From: Raillietiella orientalis
Lineage: Eukaryota
Length of the DNA stretch: 64,000 bases
Assembly: GCA_036172245.1 (NCBI GenBank)
Contig: JAYWIR010000013.1
Span: 1,612,001-1,676,000, forward strand
Reading direction: 5' to 3'
Shown here: piece after piece, positions 1 to 14,001 of the stretch
Layout of the letters: each line of letters starts with the position of its first letter
How positions within the stretch are numbered: the stretch's first letter is position 1
The notes under the pieces: model-generated
The model's database searches: none
Told to the model about the DNA's origin: nothing
Seen by the model: the letters and a program-made list of their open reading frames with translations, nothing else
Translations under genes and position numbers: made by a program

Positions 1-1649
1 GGTCTCCTTGACTAGAAATTCATCCACAACATTCACATTCACTTTGGCCTGAGTTAAAGTTGCCTCAGGTAATCTTGCATGCTTATGGTTCTCAATTAAG
101 TAGATAATTTTTGGAATACCACAGTTTTTAAGCCTGAACTTTGCATTCAAAATTATAATTAGCATATAATACATAAAAATAAGTTAACCTTTTGCTCATG
201 ATATCGCCCATCTTTAATACTCATTGCAAGATCATCTAATCTTTTGCGTTCAATAACTATTGGTAAAACCAATTCAGCTAGGCAAGTTGCATCAGAAGAC
301 AGGTTACAGCACACCCACAAAAAGTCTCCAACATTGAGTTTACGAACATTGTATTTGATTTCATGTTTCTTCAATTCTTCCAAGATGCTAGAGTGTTTCT
401 TTCCAGTAACAGACACCCTATACTCATCAGATAAAAACTGCATCCCTTTTAGACTCACTTATCAACCACTTCTGCTTGGTCCACATACAAAATAATTTCA
501 AATTGTCCAGGTGCTAAAATGATATCAGGCTTGGCAGACAAGTTGAGATTCAAGTTTGATCTTGTTGCATTGCAAAAACCAATGTTTTTCAAATGTGAAC
601 GTTCTGCCACAAACTGATCAGATGAGTAATCTTGAATAATCTCACAATCTGAGTCTGAATCGGCATTTCCATACTGTGAAGTAGGAGGATGACTACTTGA
701 TCCACATGTAAATCTATTGATGGATTTTTCTGGCAGTGTAGCTGCAAAACATCATTCTCATACCAGTGATTGCATTACATGAACTTTTGGAAATAGAAAA
801 AAGTACCTTGAATTTAGTTGCAACAATTATTAGGTCACTAGACAGTAATTTGTGGTAATAGTCTACGTACATGCATCAGATTCCACATGTAAGTTTCTAT
901 TCCATTTATGTTTAGCATTGCACAAGGGCTGAGGAGATAAGTTCATGTCCTGCTTACTCTAAATGCACGAAAAAAGGAAAAACTTCGATTGACAAAATTT
1001 GGGTTTTCTTATCATACCTCTAAACCATTAATCTTTGAACATAATGGTAGTGACTTGCTATTTTCTTCAACTGATGAACAATAAACTTCCCTATCTCCTA
1101 TACATGTACCACTAGAACCTAAGGCAATGAAACAAATACATTTACATTCCTCTAACTTGAAGTTGTAAGAATATATGATTTTGGACAATTTTCATCCAAC
1201 TATGAAAGCAAATTCATTCAAGTACCATTCTCTTTCAAATGTTTTTCAAGTCTCTCATCAATCATGGTGCAAATTTCTGTCCCAAAATGTTCTAAGATCC
1301 TGCATTCTTGTCCACTTTTCAAATTTAATGGAAACTTACTTAGTGATTCCAAGGCCTGAAGTGATTCATCACAAATATGAGAAATGAAATTTCAAACTTG
1401 GTAAGCTTAATGCTAGGTTTTCAATTTACCTTGCTGAAGGCACAAAATCGCTTTGGATTTTTACGCCTGGCTTCATTTCTCCACTCTAATAACCAAGAAG
1501 TGAACCATGGATTGACTGTATTATTAATTCTTTTGCATTTTGATCGAAAAGGTATTCGATTCTCTTGCTTTGTTTTTCCCTGAAAGGAAGTTAACATCGA
1601 ATGCTTTACTATACGGAAAACAGCAAAATACTTTTCTTTTCATTAACAT
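1..1649 (-). CDS. MUS81: Crossover junction endonuclease MUS81, multi-exon, 3' end beyond the window edge
   Basis: Exons on the - strand: 1632-1649 (start, tentative), 1430-1579 (NPWFTSWLLEWRNEARR), 1226-1355 (ALESLSKFPLNLKSGQECRILEHFGTEICTMIDERL, N-terminal HhH), optional 1018-1070 and 871-958, 459-741, 189-417 (VRKLNVGDFLW...ERKRLDDLAMSIKDGRYHEQK, ERCC4 GD..ERK motif), 1-138 (FRLKNCGIPKIIYLIE). GT-AG junctions keep the frame. Confidence 0.95.
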
Positions 1650-1702
1650 GCATACTCTTCATAACTTTACACAAGCATTGCATTGCTGAGCATTTCGAAA
1701 AC

Positions 1703-1742
1703 ACTGGGGCAGCAAACGATTATATGCGTTAGCTGCCCCAGT
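1703..1742. other. GC-rich inverted repeat (hairpin) just upstream of the MUS81 start
   Basis: ACTGGGGCAGCAAACG (1703-1718) pairs with CGTTAGCTGCCCCAGT (1727-1742), one mismatch, 8-nt loop. Confidence 0.7.
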
Positions 1743-4700
1743 TCGAAAAACCGCGTTTACATAACCTTAACAGGTTTACACAGCACTGCTTTTTAAACGA
1801 TATAAAATTGCAAACAAGGTCTTGATCATTCAAAGACAGATTCATTTAATGTGTGAGCATTTTTGAGATCCTTCATAAAAAGTCAATGAAAGATACTGGA
1901 TTTTGTCGATATTGAACGCAGTTTTTTTTCATACTAATTATAGATGATTACAACAAATTCAGGAGAAAACGAGCAAACTGAAAGTTAAACATCAATTATT
2001 TAATATGCTTTATGTTTGTGAAGATGTAAATCTTTGCCATTAATTCAAAATGCCGTCTTCTTATTTTGATTTTTAACATTATAAATTAAAATACAAAGAA
2101 GTATTTTACTTTGAAATGCACTCATCAGTGGAAACATCCGGATTCTTCGATCTAAAAGTGAATCATTTTTGGAAAAATGCTTTGTATTTGGCATCAGTTA
2201 CAGAATTTAACAATGTCATCAACAGTGTAATCTTTAAAATCGTAAGTGTAGTTATGACAAGAGAGGGTCACTCGTCTAGAGACCATACATCTGGAAAATC
2301 ATACACAACAGAATGATAAACATAATACACATGTTACAAAAGAAAAATTTCGAACAATAAAATGGAGATGTGCACAGCATTTCTTTGCTATCAAATGTAA
2401 ATTTTCAACAAAAACGCCTTATTTAATATATGCCTTTATCTTACATGGTACATATGCAATGGAATTTATATTTAAATAAAGTTATGGTGCAATGTTATAT
2501 AAATAGGCAAGTACTATGAATAAATATTAATTTACCATTGATTCTTGTATATGCGTTCCTGTATTGAATTGACTTTTGATTGTATTTAAATGGAAATATC
2601 ATATAATAATTGATGCAAGCTGCTTCCATGTCTGCCAGCTAATATTTGCATTATTAATGTCTAAAACAGTGAGATAAGCATTTCACATAAGTCAGCATTC
2701 AAACAAACTTAGCAAGATGAACAGAGTGCTATCGAAAGTCATGTATTTTGCTTTAGTGATGATCTGGAACGAAACTAGCACAATGTATTATGAAACAAGC
2801 ATGTTCATACAAATGATTTTTAAATAATTGTCTGAAAGACGCAAATCGTTAATGAAAAAAGGAAGAAGAGAGAATAAGTCAACAATCAGTGAACTTTTGT
2901 TTTCGAAAATGTTCTACAACAGTACATTTAAAGGCTAATCAGAGATTTCTTAGATTTAAGCAGAGTTACTGATTCTATTGATTTATTCATGTAGGAGTAA
3001 AAAATATTAAAGAATTTCTCAAGAGAAGAAATACAATATCTACCGTACAGAAGTGTATTCTTGAAATATGAAAATGTCATGTGTGCTCCTCACACATATT
3101 TGAAGATTTGTCTCGAGATCATCGATTCTAGAAGAAATAGCACTAATTTCTAGTGTTTCGAATGTATCATTAACGAAAATGATAAAATCAAAGGAATAAG
3201 TAAAGAAGCCTTTAAAAAACTTTCTAAATCAAAATGTGGTTTTCCAAGAGGAGACCTCAAGTGTATCTAAAGAGATTAGGACAAAAACAGCGGTAAGCGA
3301 TGGAAAATCTATGCAAACTTGGCATATTCCTCAACAGGAAATAAATATGATAAGCAATGGACTAACGAAAAATTAAAGTGTTTCTCTTGTCGCCTATCTG
3401 TTATTTTTTTTTTAGTGACCTTCCTATCCCTCTTTTCCCTCGCACCTAGCTGCATCGACAGAATTCTGAGGTCACACTCCATTGGCGCAATACGGACCGA
3501 AGATGAGAAGTCTAGAGAATCAGAGAGACTCAAAAAGTTCATGAAGAAATCAGGAAAACCAAGTTGTCGTCATGATCACAGGCTAACAGTCGCAAAGAAA
3601 AACAATCTATTCTATCAACACCTAGGTATATTTCTCATCTTCCCTAAGTTTTCAAATAAAAGACCTTGTGGAAACCGTTCGATAGAAACTTTTCAAAAGA
3701 CTAAGTGGTCGTAATGTGCCATGATGCATTCTTCCGAAACGTGTTTCATTCAGCTGTTGGCCTATCAACGATGTTTTTACAAGTCATCTACAGTGTGGAT
3801 TTCCATGCTTCATGACAATGAATTTCAGTCTTTTTTTTTAGGGTGCTCTTTCAGAAAAGTGGATATCTTTTTCTGCTATAAAAGTTGGAAAAATAAGGTG
3901 TGATGCAGACTTCCCAAACTAAAGGCAAACGGAAGATGAGAAAATTACTAACTGGTGCCAGTTCTTTGTTTAATTGGACCGTGTCGATGCTTAGTCGTCT
4001 ACGGAGCCGTGTCCCGCCATGGTTATGTAATCCGTAGTGTTTAAACGCAAGAATGTTTCCTATAAAGATAAAGTACTCCGAAGGAGAAATTCAATTCAAT
4101 CAAATCTAAACCATTTTGGAATATTCACGAGTTCTGACTGTGGTACAGGAAGGAAAACGAGGAAATATAAAAAAAAAAGAAAATCTCCATTGAAACTAAG
4201 TGATTATGACTCTGTATAATAAAACTGTAGGATTCTCTCTTTTACGAATATACTTTCTTTGACTGTTTCGTTAATTTTTGCAGATGTATGATAAGTGCAG
4301 CTACGCTATGATAATAGTATGGGTTGCTTTGGCTAAATAGTACAGACAAACGTTTTTACTTGCCTTCATTGAAAGAGGAAAAAAAGGGTTTTCCGAAAGA
4401 AAGGATCGAAAGAATTTGAAAACGACTGCATTGTTTACTTAAGGTTATAAATAGAAAATCAAAAAGTAAAAGAAACATCACAGAATGGATTGTCATGACA
4501 ATAACCAAGTCTATGATATGAACTTCTCAGTCTTGTTTTCAACAAATCCAAACAATTTCGAAATTCAGGAACACAGTATCCCTACATATATTAATATTTA
4601 GGGGTATTGTTTAAGATGCTTGATGTATAGGATGTTTGATGGATGCGTACAGAAAGAAAAGCAAATTTCACTTTAGCTGATTTTCCATTCAATTTACTCA

Positions 4701-6051
4701 ATGGCTGATAGTCATAAGATCCCAGAGTAATGGCTTTGAGAAAATCCAGTAGAATATGAGGAGCCTTTTTTCTATAGACAGCTTATGATAGATTGTTAAT
4801 ACTTGTGTCCATGTGAGTCAGTCCATGTAGTCAAGAAGATAAGCAGTTCTTTAGCAATGTTTTATTGGTGCCGCTTTTAAATAAGAAACTCAAAAGAATA
4901 GTTCACACAAAAATCAGTTTTAGATTTTTTTATTCAATGCCTCATATTTTGTCTTGATCATTGCAATAAATGATTTATGGAAGGAAAAGTATCAAAATAC
5001 TTATTAATGATTGTCGAATCTCTTCAAATTTATCTTTACGTTGTAATTGGAGATGAAATCAATATACTGAGATTCAAATTTGAAACAAATTGACTTTTAA
5101 GGATTTCTAAAATTTACATCTTTATTTATAAAATTTTCTTTATTTAATAAAATCTTTATTTTGTAGCATGAATAATTCGAGACATTTGCTTTGACTTCAA
5201 AATAGTTCAACTTTTAAAAAATTTGTTGCAACTGCATACATCTTGCTTAACTATAGTAAACAATAGCGGAATCATAATCCAATACCAAACGGAAATTTTT
5301 GGGTCTTGTGTCTGAACGCATTATAATGTCAGAGTTTTATGTATAACACAAATAAAATTTTTGTAACTGATCAGTTGATAAGTACAACAATTGTAAGGTA
5401 TCACTGACTTGCCTCCTGTGTGCTCTTTGAAAATCAGTATTGCAAAGGAATTGTATTGCTGGGTACAGAAGGTTCAGTAGTTGTCAGAAATGGTGTATGA
5501 TTATGAGAAGACCTGAAAATACGGCGGTCGATTGTTTAGTATATGATAGTGTATTATTTTCTTATAAAAAGATGAAAGTTTTCGAAATAATAATGAGTCC
5601 TCAGTACCTCACTGCACTTTTTTTTTTTTTGTCAGGTCTACCGAAAGAAAAACACATGAAAGCATGAGAAGTGAGATAAAAAGTAAATATATAAACGTAT
5701 CACAAATGACATGGAAGTCATTTTGCTGATACCCTAATGCGAAACAAGCTCAAACTGCACAAGATAAAAGTATTGTATCATGTTTTATGTTTTAGAATGT
5801 TAACATTCACAACGAAGCATTGTTTTAGGGCATCACTGCCTTGGGATAATTAAGACCTGTGTTTTTTGTGAACCGATAACGTTCTCGTAAAAGCCCATTA
5901 TTTCATGTGATCTTGAATGAAAATTTTGAATCCGGAACTCAGGAATGCAAAGGGCGTTTTCATTTTTCATTTCATTTGGAACTTTGTTTGCCTTGCCTGG
6001 AGTTAGGAACAAAAGAGCTTTCACCTGGTTGTTGGTTACTTGGTAGTAACC

Positions 6052-9000
6052 ATGCAGTGTTACTATGAAGTACTTGGTGTTGACACAAAAGTAACGAACG
6101 ATGATCTGAAGAAAACTTACAAAAAATTGGCATTGAAGTGGCATCCAGGTGAGCCAAACTTCGATTAGACGGTGCATATATCTGTATTGAGTTAGCAAAC
6201 TTATTTCTGATACGAAATAAAGGGGATAAGAGGATATCATGTATTTTTTAGTTTCGTGGTAGTTTTTGAATATATTTTAACCATGTCTTTCAAAGTATAA
6301 ATAAAGTATGATATGTAAATTGTTTATCATGTGTTTTTTGGTATTAAGCAAATAACTGAAAATTGGATTTTACGTTCTGTGTACCTACAAATTTTTAGAT
6401 TGGTTGATGCATTAATTTCGTTTCGTTTATGAAGTATTCTTTCACTTATGTAATACTTCTTGACTGATAATTTCATAGGTCACTTTGAAGTTATGTTTTG
6501 CAAAAATCTGAATGCATAGTTATTTAGATGAATGGAACATAAGACTCAGGAATCACTGATAAAGTTATTTTTTATTCATGGATCACTTTTAGAGTTTTGC
6601 AGGAATTTTTTAAGACAAAGAAAACAACTAGAAGGCTCTGAAGTTGTAAATTGCATTGCATTTATTGAAATTCGATGATGCTTTTAAAACTATCATTGAA
6701 ACTTCATTTTAAAACATAACTCCTTAATTACTTTATAAATGGTGTTTGCGGCCACTTATATTATGATTGCTTTTCTTGTAAGCCTACTTGTTTTGCAGAT
6801 GTTTTTCTGTGCTCTTGTTATTAAAGCTGTTTGGTCCTTTAAACACAAACAATTTTTGCAAGTATCTAGAACATGCATGCCATAAATCAATTGGGAAATC
6901 AAGAATTTCTATGTCTAATATAAGGTCTTTTATTATTTAGGATTCCCATATATTGGCAATGCAATTTAGGATTCCTAAATGTTGCATCTTGTTAATTTGA
7001 AAAACTCCATGAAAAAGGAATGATTAAACATCTTGCAAAAAATTTTTGCAGATATTTTCATTGCAAATTGCTCTTGCAGCATTATCTTATAAATATTTTG
7101 CAATGTAAATAATTCAGTACAGGGATCTGTTATGGAAATATTCAGAAGAATAACTAAATTAGCACTGGTTATTGAATGTTGAGAAAAGTGGATATATTCA
7201 GTAGTTCAGTCAAAATTTAGCATTTCTATTCAAATTCATCTTATTTGATGGGCTATATTTATATTCTAGTCTATGTGTATATTCTTTAAAAAAAATTTGT
7301 GATGCAGTTCTGAGATCAGAACACAACATTTTGAAAAGAATTTCATGAACACAAAACTAATGGTTACATTGTTCATGTTTAACTTTTGTTTCTATTTACT
7401 TATAAGTTGCCAGGTAATCAGTAAGAAGGCTATCTATCAATAATTTTTAAATGTATGCTTTGGTGTTATCATGTGATCTTAAATGTATTTATTATTAAAA
7501 GTCTTTGTTGTGTATTTTGAAGTGGCTACTTTGTTGAAAAATACAATGAAAAAGAAGGTATATTTGATTTTTGCATGTATCTGATCAGTTTTAGAACTAA
7601 TAAATGTTATTATTTATGATGACTTTAAGAAAGTAATTAATTATATTACATATGAGTTATTGCATTGTACGATCTACCTGCTTCTATCATTTTAAATCAA
7701 AATAGAGAACACATTCATACATTGTTCAAGTGAAACAAGCAAATAAGGTATATAGGATTTGACTTCTTTCAAATTAAGCACTTTTATAATGCTTTTCAAA
7801 TTTGATTGATGATAAAGAATGCAGTACCATAAAGCTCTGTATGAATTTTTTACTCATGTTCTGTTTTTTTTCCTGTCTCTCTCTTATTATAATTAAACAT
7901 AGAAAATTATTCAAACCCTCATAGAAACTGGTTTTAGATAAGAATCTGGACAATGTTTCTGAAGCTACTTCAACTTTTAAGCTAATTCAACAAGCATATG
8001 AAGTATTAAGTGATCCTCAAGAAAGAGCATGGTATGATAAGCATAAAGATGCCATCTTGAAGCATGGTTACAATGTCGATGAATATGAAGCTTGTTTCAA
8101 TATATTCCCATATTTTAGTACTTCATGTTTTTGTGGTTTTGATGACACAGAGAATGGATTTTTTTCAGTATATAGGTAAATTTTGTGCATGAAGTGTTGT
8201 GATGATTATGAACTAATTGTGATATTTAACCTGAACATCCACATTTCAGTTTTAACATTTGCTTGGTGCAAAAATTTAGTCTTCTTTATTTTACTTTAGG
8301 AGATCTTTAATTTTTAGCTTGAGTTCAAATTGCAATTTTTCTTTCAGGTGTTTACATTGATTACTTGACAATGTTTTTGGTGATGGCATTTTTCATACAT
8401 TCATTTTTAGAATGCAAATTTCTTCTCTTCCCTAGGAATTATGGTTGTTTAGTTCATTATGGATGCTTTTACTACTGTAATATTTCCAAGTTACTCGATT
8501 TATCTGCTAATTAACCGATTATTTATGGGATGTTTCCATTATTTTATAGGCATCATTTGTTCATGTGTTTATGGTTAATATGGATAATTTTAGTATTTGT
8601 TGACTATCTGTATCTGAAAATCAAGTGCAAGCTTGTAGTTTTTGCTTTGAAATGTATGCATTAGTCTTTTTGCATTTTAAAACGTAACCATCAAGTGCAA
8701 GGAGTTGGGCTCTTGCTTTTTCTTGTGCTCTTCAAATGCTGTTGCTTGTATGATGATTTAGTTTTTATTGTGAGATGTATCAAATATTTGCAATAGGATT
8801 TCCTGCATCCAATGTGGTATGCAATATACTTTTCATGTTTGTTTGAAGATCTTATGGACTATACTTTAAACAGTCTTCCTAAGGACCGAAATTAAACTAC
8901 ATTTATTGTGAATTTAAATCCTTGTGTTTTGATTACTTTTGGAAATTCATTTATAGACACTCTTTGAATTTCGTTTATTTCTGCATTGGTTTTGATTATT

Positions 9001-12000
9001 TTGTTTTGTTTTAGAAATGTTTTTAACGACATCAGTGCTGATGATTATAAATACAGCAGTGGAAGCGATGCTGATATTGAATTTCCCTCATTTGGTTTTT
9101 CCTATAGTTCTATAAAAGAAGTAAGTGATTTTTCCATAAAAGCAGACTGTATTACAAAGCGTTCAACTTTTTAAAAGTGGTTTTTTAAAGTACCTTTTTA
9201 TGATTAATTTGATGTTGAGCAGTTCAAAAAAAAGCCACAAGACATTATATTGTTAGATATAAGCATCAATTAAATTTTAAATTGTCTCTGCGTTTCACAT
9301 TATGAATAAATCATAGTCACTGCACTTCTCATAGGGTGTTCAGGATCACTGTAGAGTTTAAGGTGTTTCCATGAAGAAAGACGCCAAATTATTTCTTTAT
9401 ATAGTATTTCTTCCTCAAACTGTACTCTTGGTGAATTGTTTTCGTTTCAGAATACTAATTCAGGATAGGTACGACTTTTTTTTCTAACGTTCTTCATGAA
9501 GTCTATTTTTGTTATCCAATTTTCCTTGCAAACTCTTTTCTTTGATGAAGACCTGAGTCAGTATTGACTTGGTCAGTTTGTAAGAGGAAATGTCTTTTTC
9601 TAATACCAAAGATTTCATTTTCATGTTTTAACCTTGGATGTTATCTCTAAGATGCTGTAAAATGTTTGATCATGAAAATGTTTTAAGTTTCTAATTGTTA
9701 TTATAGAGCAATCTTTTCGACATCATTCATCAAAGTTAATTAATTATATTCAAGGTGTTAAATTTTTATGCATTTTGGCAAAATTACACAACTTTGTGCA
9801 CATTTTTTTGCATGGATAAATATGATATTAGAGAGGCTCCTAATCGCAGAACTTCACGTCTTATGGAGAAGGAGAATAAGAAAATCAGGGATAAATGCAA
9901 AAAAAAGAGAAACGAAGAGATCAGAACTTTGGTAGCGTTTGTCAAAAAAAGAGATAAAAGGTTACAGGCATATAAGGTAGACAGAATTATAATCTGTGTG
10001 TGTTTTTATTTTAAGTTTTAGCAACAATTGGAAGAAAAGGCCACGAGAAATTCTGAAAAAAATCAAGAGAACAGAAGAAAACAGTTGAAAAAAAGACAAG
10101 ATATTTTAAATTATGACTGTCAACCCGAATGGTTAGATCTAGGTGATTTGGAGCATACATTGCAGGTATGTAAGGGGTTTAAGTCTCCACTTGATTACCT
10201 GTGTAGATGATTGAAGAACAAATGTATCCACAATCTCCACAGAATGTGGAGTCTGCAGACAACGAATCTGGACAGTTATATTGTGTTGCTTGTGAAAAAT
10301 TATTCTCTTCTGTGAAATCGTATGTTTAAAGCAGCATATATTTTACTCATGTGTTTATGGTCCAGTTTCCAGAATCATGAAAAATCAAAGAAGCACAAAG
10401 AGAATATGGATTTTCTTGATAAAGTAATGAATGATGAAGAGAAAGCATTTCTTCATCTGAATATTATCTCTGAGGAGGTGAGTTGTCAACAGAAGTACTG
10501 TAACTCATTTGTAATCAGGATAAAGAAAAAGTAGAGATGCAGAATAAAGAGAGTTACTTAAAACCAAGTGACACTGAAATCTTGAATGCAAAGAAGGAGG
10601 ATGCTCAGAAGGATAACTGTGAAAATCTTGTCAGTGTAAATAAGGACTTTTTGCCATCGGAGAGTTGTAATAGCAAAAATCTAAATCAAGAAACACGTTC
10701 TGCATCAGATGAGAATGTTTTCGCCATGAATGCATCAAACTCCCTTCTGCAAGAGAAGTTAGAAAACGAAATTCAAAAGACAGCTCCGGACTCTACTGCC
10801 ATGGAGGAAAAGTCTGTCAGAACTAAAGAGACAAATAAAATACAAAGGCCTCATCAAACCAGGGTAATGAATTCATTTCCTTGATTGCTTTTATTATTTT
10901 CTTATCAGAAACCTTGCAAAAAGTAGATCTTCCTCGCATTTTCAGAATGTGCGTGCTTACATGTAGCTTTGTTTTATTCAGATGTCATTTCATCTGCAGT
11001 ATGTAACTTTTGGGTACTTTGGGAGTTACTTGTGTTATCAGTGGCAGCTTAGATTTTTATTAAAGAAATTTTCAATTCAACAGGAAGTTGATGTTCAGCG
11101 AAATGTGAAATTTTTTCTCTGCACCACCTTTCATAATTTGCATCAATTGTGCGAGGAACTGTTGAAGATTTTTCACATGCTATACATTTATGGCTTCACT
11201 TGTGTTGCTGAACTGTGTAACGACAGATATCATTTACTGCTCATTGAGAGTTTCAATGTCTTTTTCCCGAAGCCTTCAAGGAGTTTGTGAGCAAAGTTTA
11301 AACTTCACTGTAGTATATACCGAGTTCTCGTCGTCGTCTGTGTTTGTTCGTATTCAAAGTGCGAAAGTGTTCCGCAAGAAGTTTCTGTACTGCGTAGAAG
11401 TGCGGGAATTCATAGGGAACGCTCTTGGAGTGTTTAGTGTTTTTTTGTTCGAAATTTGTTGTGGGATTTACCATGAAATGAAAGATTTGATTGGGAACTC
11501 CAACTTGGAAATGTGGGCCTTTCGGGACAACAAGAAATCCGAATAAAGCTGAAATTAGGTTCATGAATGATAGTTCAAAGTACTGACAGCAGATCTGTTC
11601 GTTCTTTTGAAACAAATATGAATCCTTTAGTTCCCGTTTGTTTGCATTATAGATCGAAAAGTCAGTTATTTTCTGTTAGTCCACGGATGATGCTACAGAC
11701 TGGTGCTAAAATGGAAAAGCATTGAAATTTTCTGCCCGCATCAATGTCGGGCCTTGAAGGTTTTGACAATCCGCTTAGGAGGAGAACGCAAAGTCGATGA
11801 ATGGATCCGTTGCATTCACCGGCATTTAAGTACGGACTCAACTTTTCAACTAGCTGGGAACTGGAAAATGTTTAAATGTTTTGTTCGTCATTACCCGTGT
11901 GCACGGGTGGCCAATCGCTCAGTCAATCCGTTGCATCAGTCTTCGGATGCTTGCCTTCAGATGTTTCAGGATGTGTAGTATCGCCAAGAGGTTTGATTGC

Positions 12001-12317
12001 CTTTGTCCCGGCATCTTTGTGCAAGTGGATGATTTGAGAAACCAGAAAAAAATTGAGCTGTATGTGTGTGTGTGTGTGTGTAACCTTTGAGCATTCAGTA
12101 TTTCTTGCAAAGAATGTGCGCGTACTGTGTGATGACTTGAATATCAACCTTAAATATTTCTCAGGTACCATCATCAGCCAAGGTTTGTGCGGTGTGTCAA
12201 TCTGTATTCCAGTCGAACAACAAGCTGTTTGATCACCTGAAGGAGAGTGGACATGCAGTGCCCATGGACAAAAAGAACGATGTTTGCCAGTCGCGCAAAA
12301 AAAGAAATAAAAAGTAG
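6052..12317 (+). CDS. DNAJC21: DnaJ homolog subfamily C member 21 (J-domain plus two C2H2 zinc fingers)
   Basis: Exons 6052-6148 (MQCYYEVLG...LALKWHP), 7938-8175 (DKNLDN...[14 protein letters not shown]), 9015-9120, 9755-9976 ([25 protein letters not shown]...VKKRDKR), 10022-10165, 10207-10319 and 10366-10477 (YCVACEKLF...NHEKSKKH), 10519-10863, 12165-12317 ([23 protein letters not shown]). The HPD motif spans exons 1-2. Confidence 0.95.
11150..11990 (-). mobile_element. Possible decayed LINE remnant in the last DNAJC21 intron
   Basis: Weak RT-like peptide [21 protein letters not shown] (cf. DGIPYEFL..LL..FN) and endonuclease-like FIDFAFS. More CpG-rich than the upstream introns. Confidence 0.3.
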
Positions 12318-12685
12318 TTAAAAATGGCCTATGTTTTTTTTTATTCCACGCTGAAAATGCTCGGTATTATTTTCGGTGTTCTTTCGGATTATTTTTGGAT
12401 GTTCTGGCACTCGTGTGGACCGGAGTTTTGTGTGCTTGTCCCCCGTGACGTCACATACTGCGAACATGTATGCCCCCAAGAACACACACCGACTATTCGT
12501 GCGTGGTGTGCTGCCAATGTAGGGAGGTGAGCACGTCGTCGTCGTTGTTTTTCCTTTCTTTTCCGGTTACCAGTGGGGAAGGCGAAGTCTTCCATGACCT
12601 CTGGTCGCGGTTAAACCCGTGCGTATGTTGGGGCCGTTTTGGCGACGCTGTTTATGCCGTGTGTTTTTTGTTTTCCAGAGCTAAC

Positions 12686-13880
12686 ATGAAGTTAAGAGCG
12701 TTTCTGTTAGTTCTTTGCCCTTTCCTCGTTCAAACCCACAAGACTGGCAGTGGGGACTGCCCTGTGTTACCAACAAAGCAGGACTTTTATATTGGAAAGG
12801 TACCAAGTTCGTAGTGAAGTTTTCGCTGGTATTAATTTCCAAATGAGACTCACCCCGGTAGATGCGCCGTCATCGAACACGTAAAGTTTTCTCTCCCCTT
12901 TTGTTTTTCTGTGTGATGTATCTGTAGCATGCCGTAGCATCTTTTAAAGGGTAGCTTGCGGAGCAAAAATACGCTAGTTGCGGAGAGTGCATTTCGAAAT
13001 CATGAATGAAGCCGACGGGATGTTTCGCCCGACTTCATTCGTGTGCCCAATGCAGTTTCCCGGAGGATTGCTGGAAGGCCCTGCCTTTCCGCCAAAATCT
13101 GTTTGCAAATTTTCAAAAATCCCAGAAAATTTCCGACGCTTGCGTGCTTTGCGCACGGTCCGCCGCAGGGCAAAGCAAATTGGATAAATAGAAGCAAATC
13201 GGAATGTATCAAGCGGCTCACTAAAAAAATTCTTTCAAGATCTTTGTTTTTGTTTTTTAAAAAAAAAGTATCGATAAATGTCGCGTTTGGATTTTACACA
13301 CGTCCTTTTATCGTGCTTGCTAGTTCCTGGGAACCTGGTACGTCGTGCAGAAATTAGATACACTCAGCCGTTGTCAGTGGCTCGAATTTTCCAAAGGCGT
13401 TGACGGTTACCAGGTCACGGAAGGAAAGAAGCCATATGCGTTGGACAGCGTTGGCATCCAATCTTACTTCAACCACACCGCCACTTTAGACATGCCGGAT
13501 CCCGGCAACCTGGCTGCGATGAGGGCCAAGTTCCGATTCAGTGAGTCTCCCACGAGTGGCTCATGAATTCTTGCCATTTTTAACGCTGCCCCATCCAGAT
13601 CTGGCAGGAAAGATGAACTACCACGTTCTGGACACAGATTACGACACGTACGCAGTGTTGTACGAATGCCAGAGACTGCTTCTGGTACATCGGTACTCCT
13701 ACGCAATACTCGTTAGAAACGCTGGCGCTGACAACTCCAACGCCGTGAAGAAGGTGCGGTGCACGGGGCGATGCGGAGCCCCCACGTGTTCGTGTTCGTG
13801 TTTTTCAGGCTTATGAGACCCTGCGGGCACTTGGCGTTACGGAGACTTTGGACCCAATAGTGTTCGACACTCACTGCTGA
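12686..13880 (+). CDS. Secreted lipocalin, apolipoprotein D/Lazarillo-like
   Basis: Exons 12686-12799 (signal peptide MKLRAFLLVLCPFLV, then GDCP...QDF), 13324-13540 (FLGTWYVVQK, GxW motif), 13599-13753 (YHVLDTDYDTYAVLYEC, TDY motif; ILVR), 13809-13880 (C-terminal Cys). Probable 5'UTR intron ending at 12678. Confidence 0.9.
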
Positions 13881-14001
13881 CATGGCCAACGTAGATTGTG
13901 TGCCACAAGGGAAAGGACGGTGGCGAGGTTTGAGGCGACACTTGGAAGTGCCTTAATGCCGGTAGATTAACACGTGTTTTTCCTTTTTTTTGTTCTGAAT
14001 C

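Noticed and set aside
742..807. 22-23 nt ultra-short introns in MUS81
   Set aside because: Not needed: ordinary introns (742-870 or 742-1225) keep the frame.
3420..3760. Penelope-like remnant with a degenerate hammerhead (TGATG...CGAAAC)
   Set aside because: Protein similarity is very weak and the CUGANGA core and stems are incomplete.
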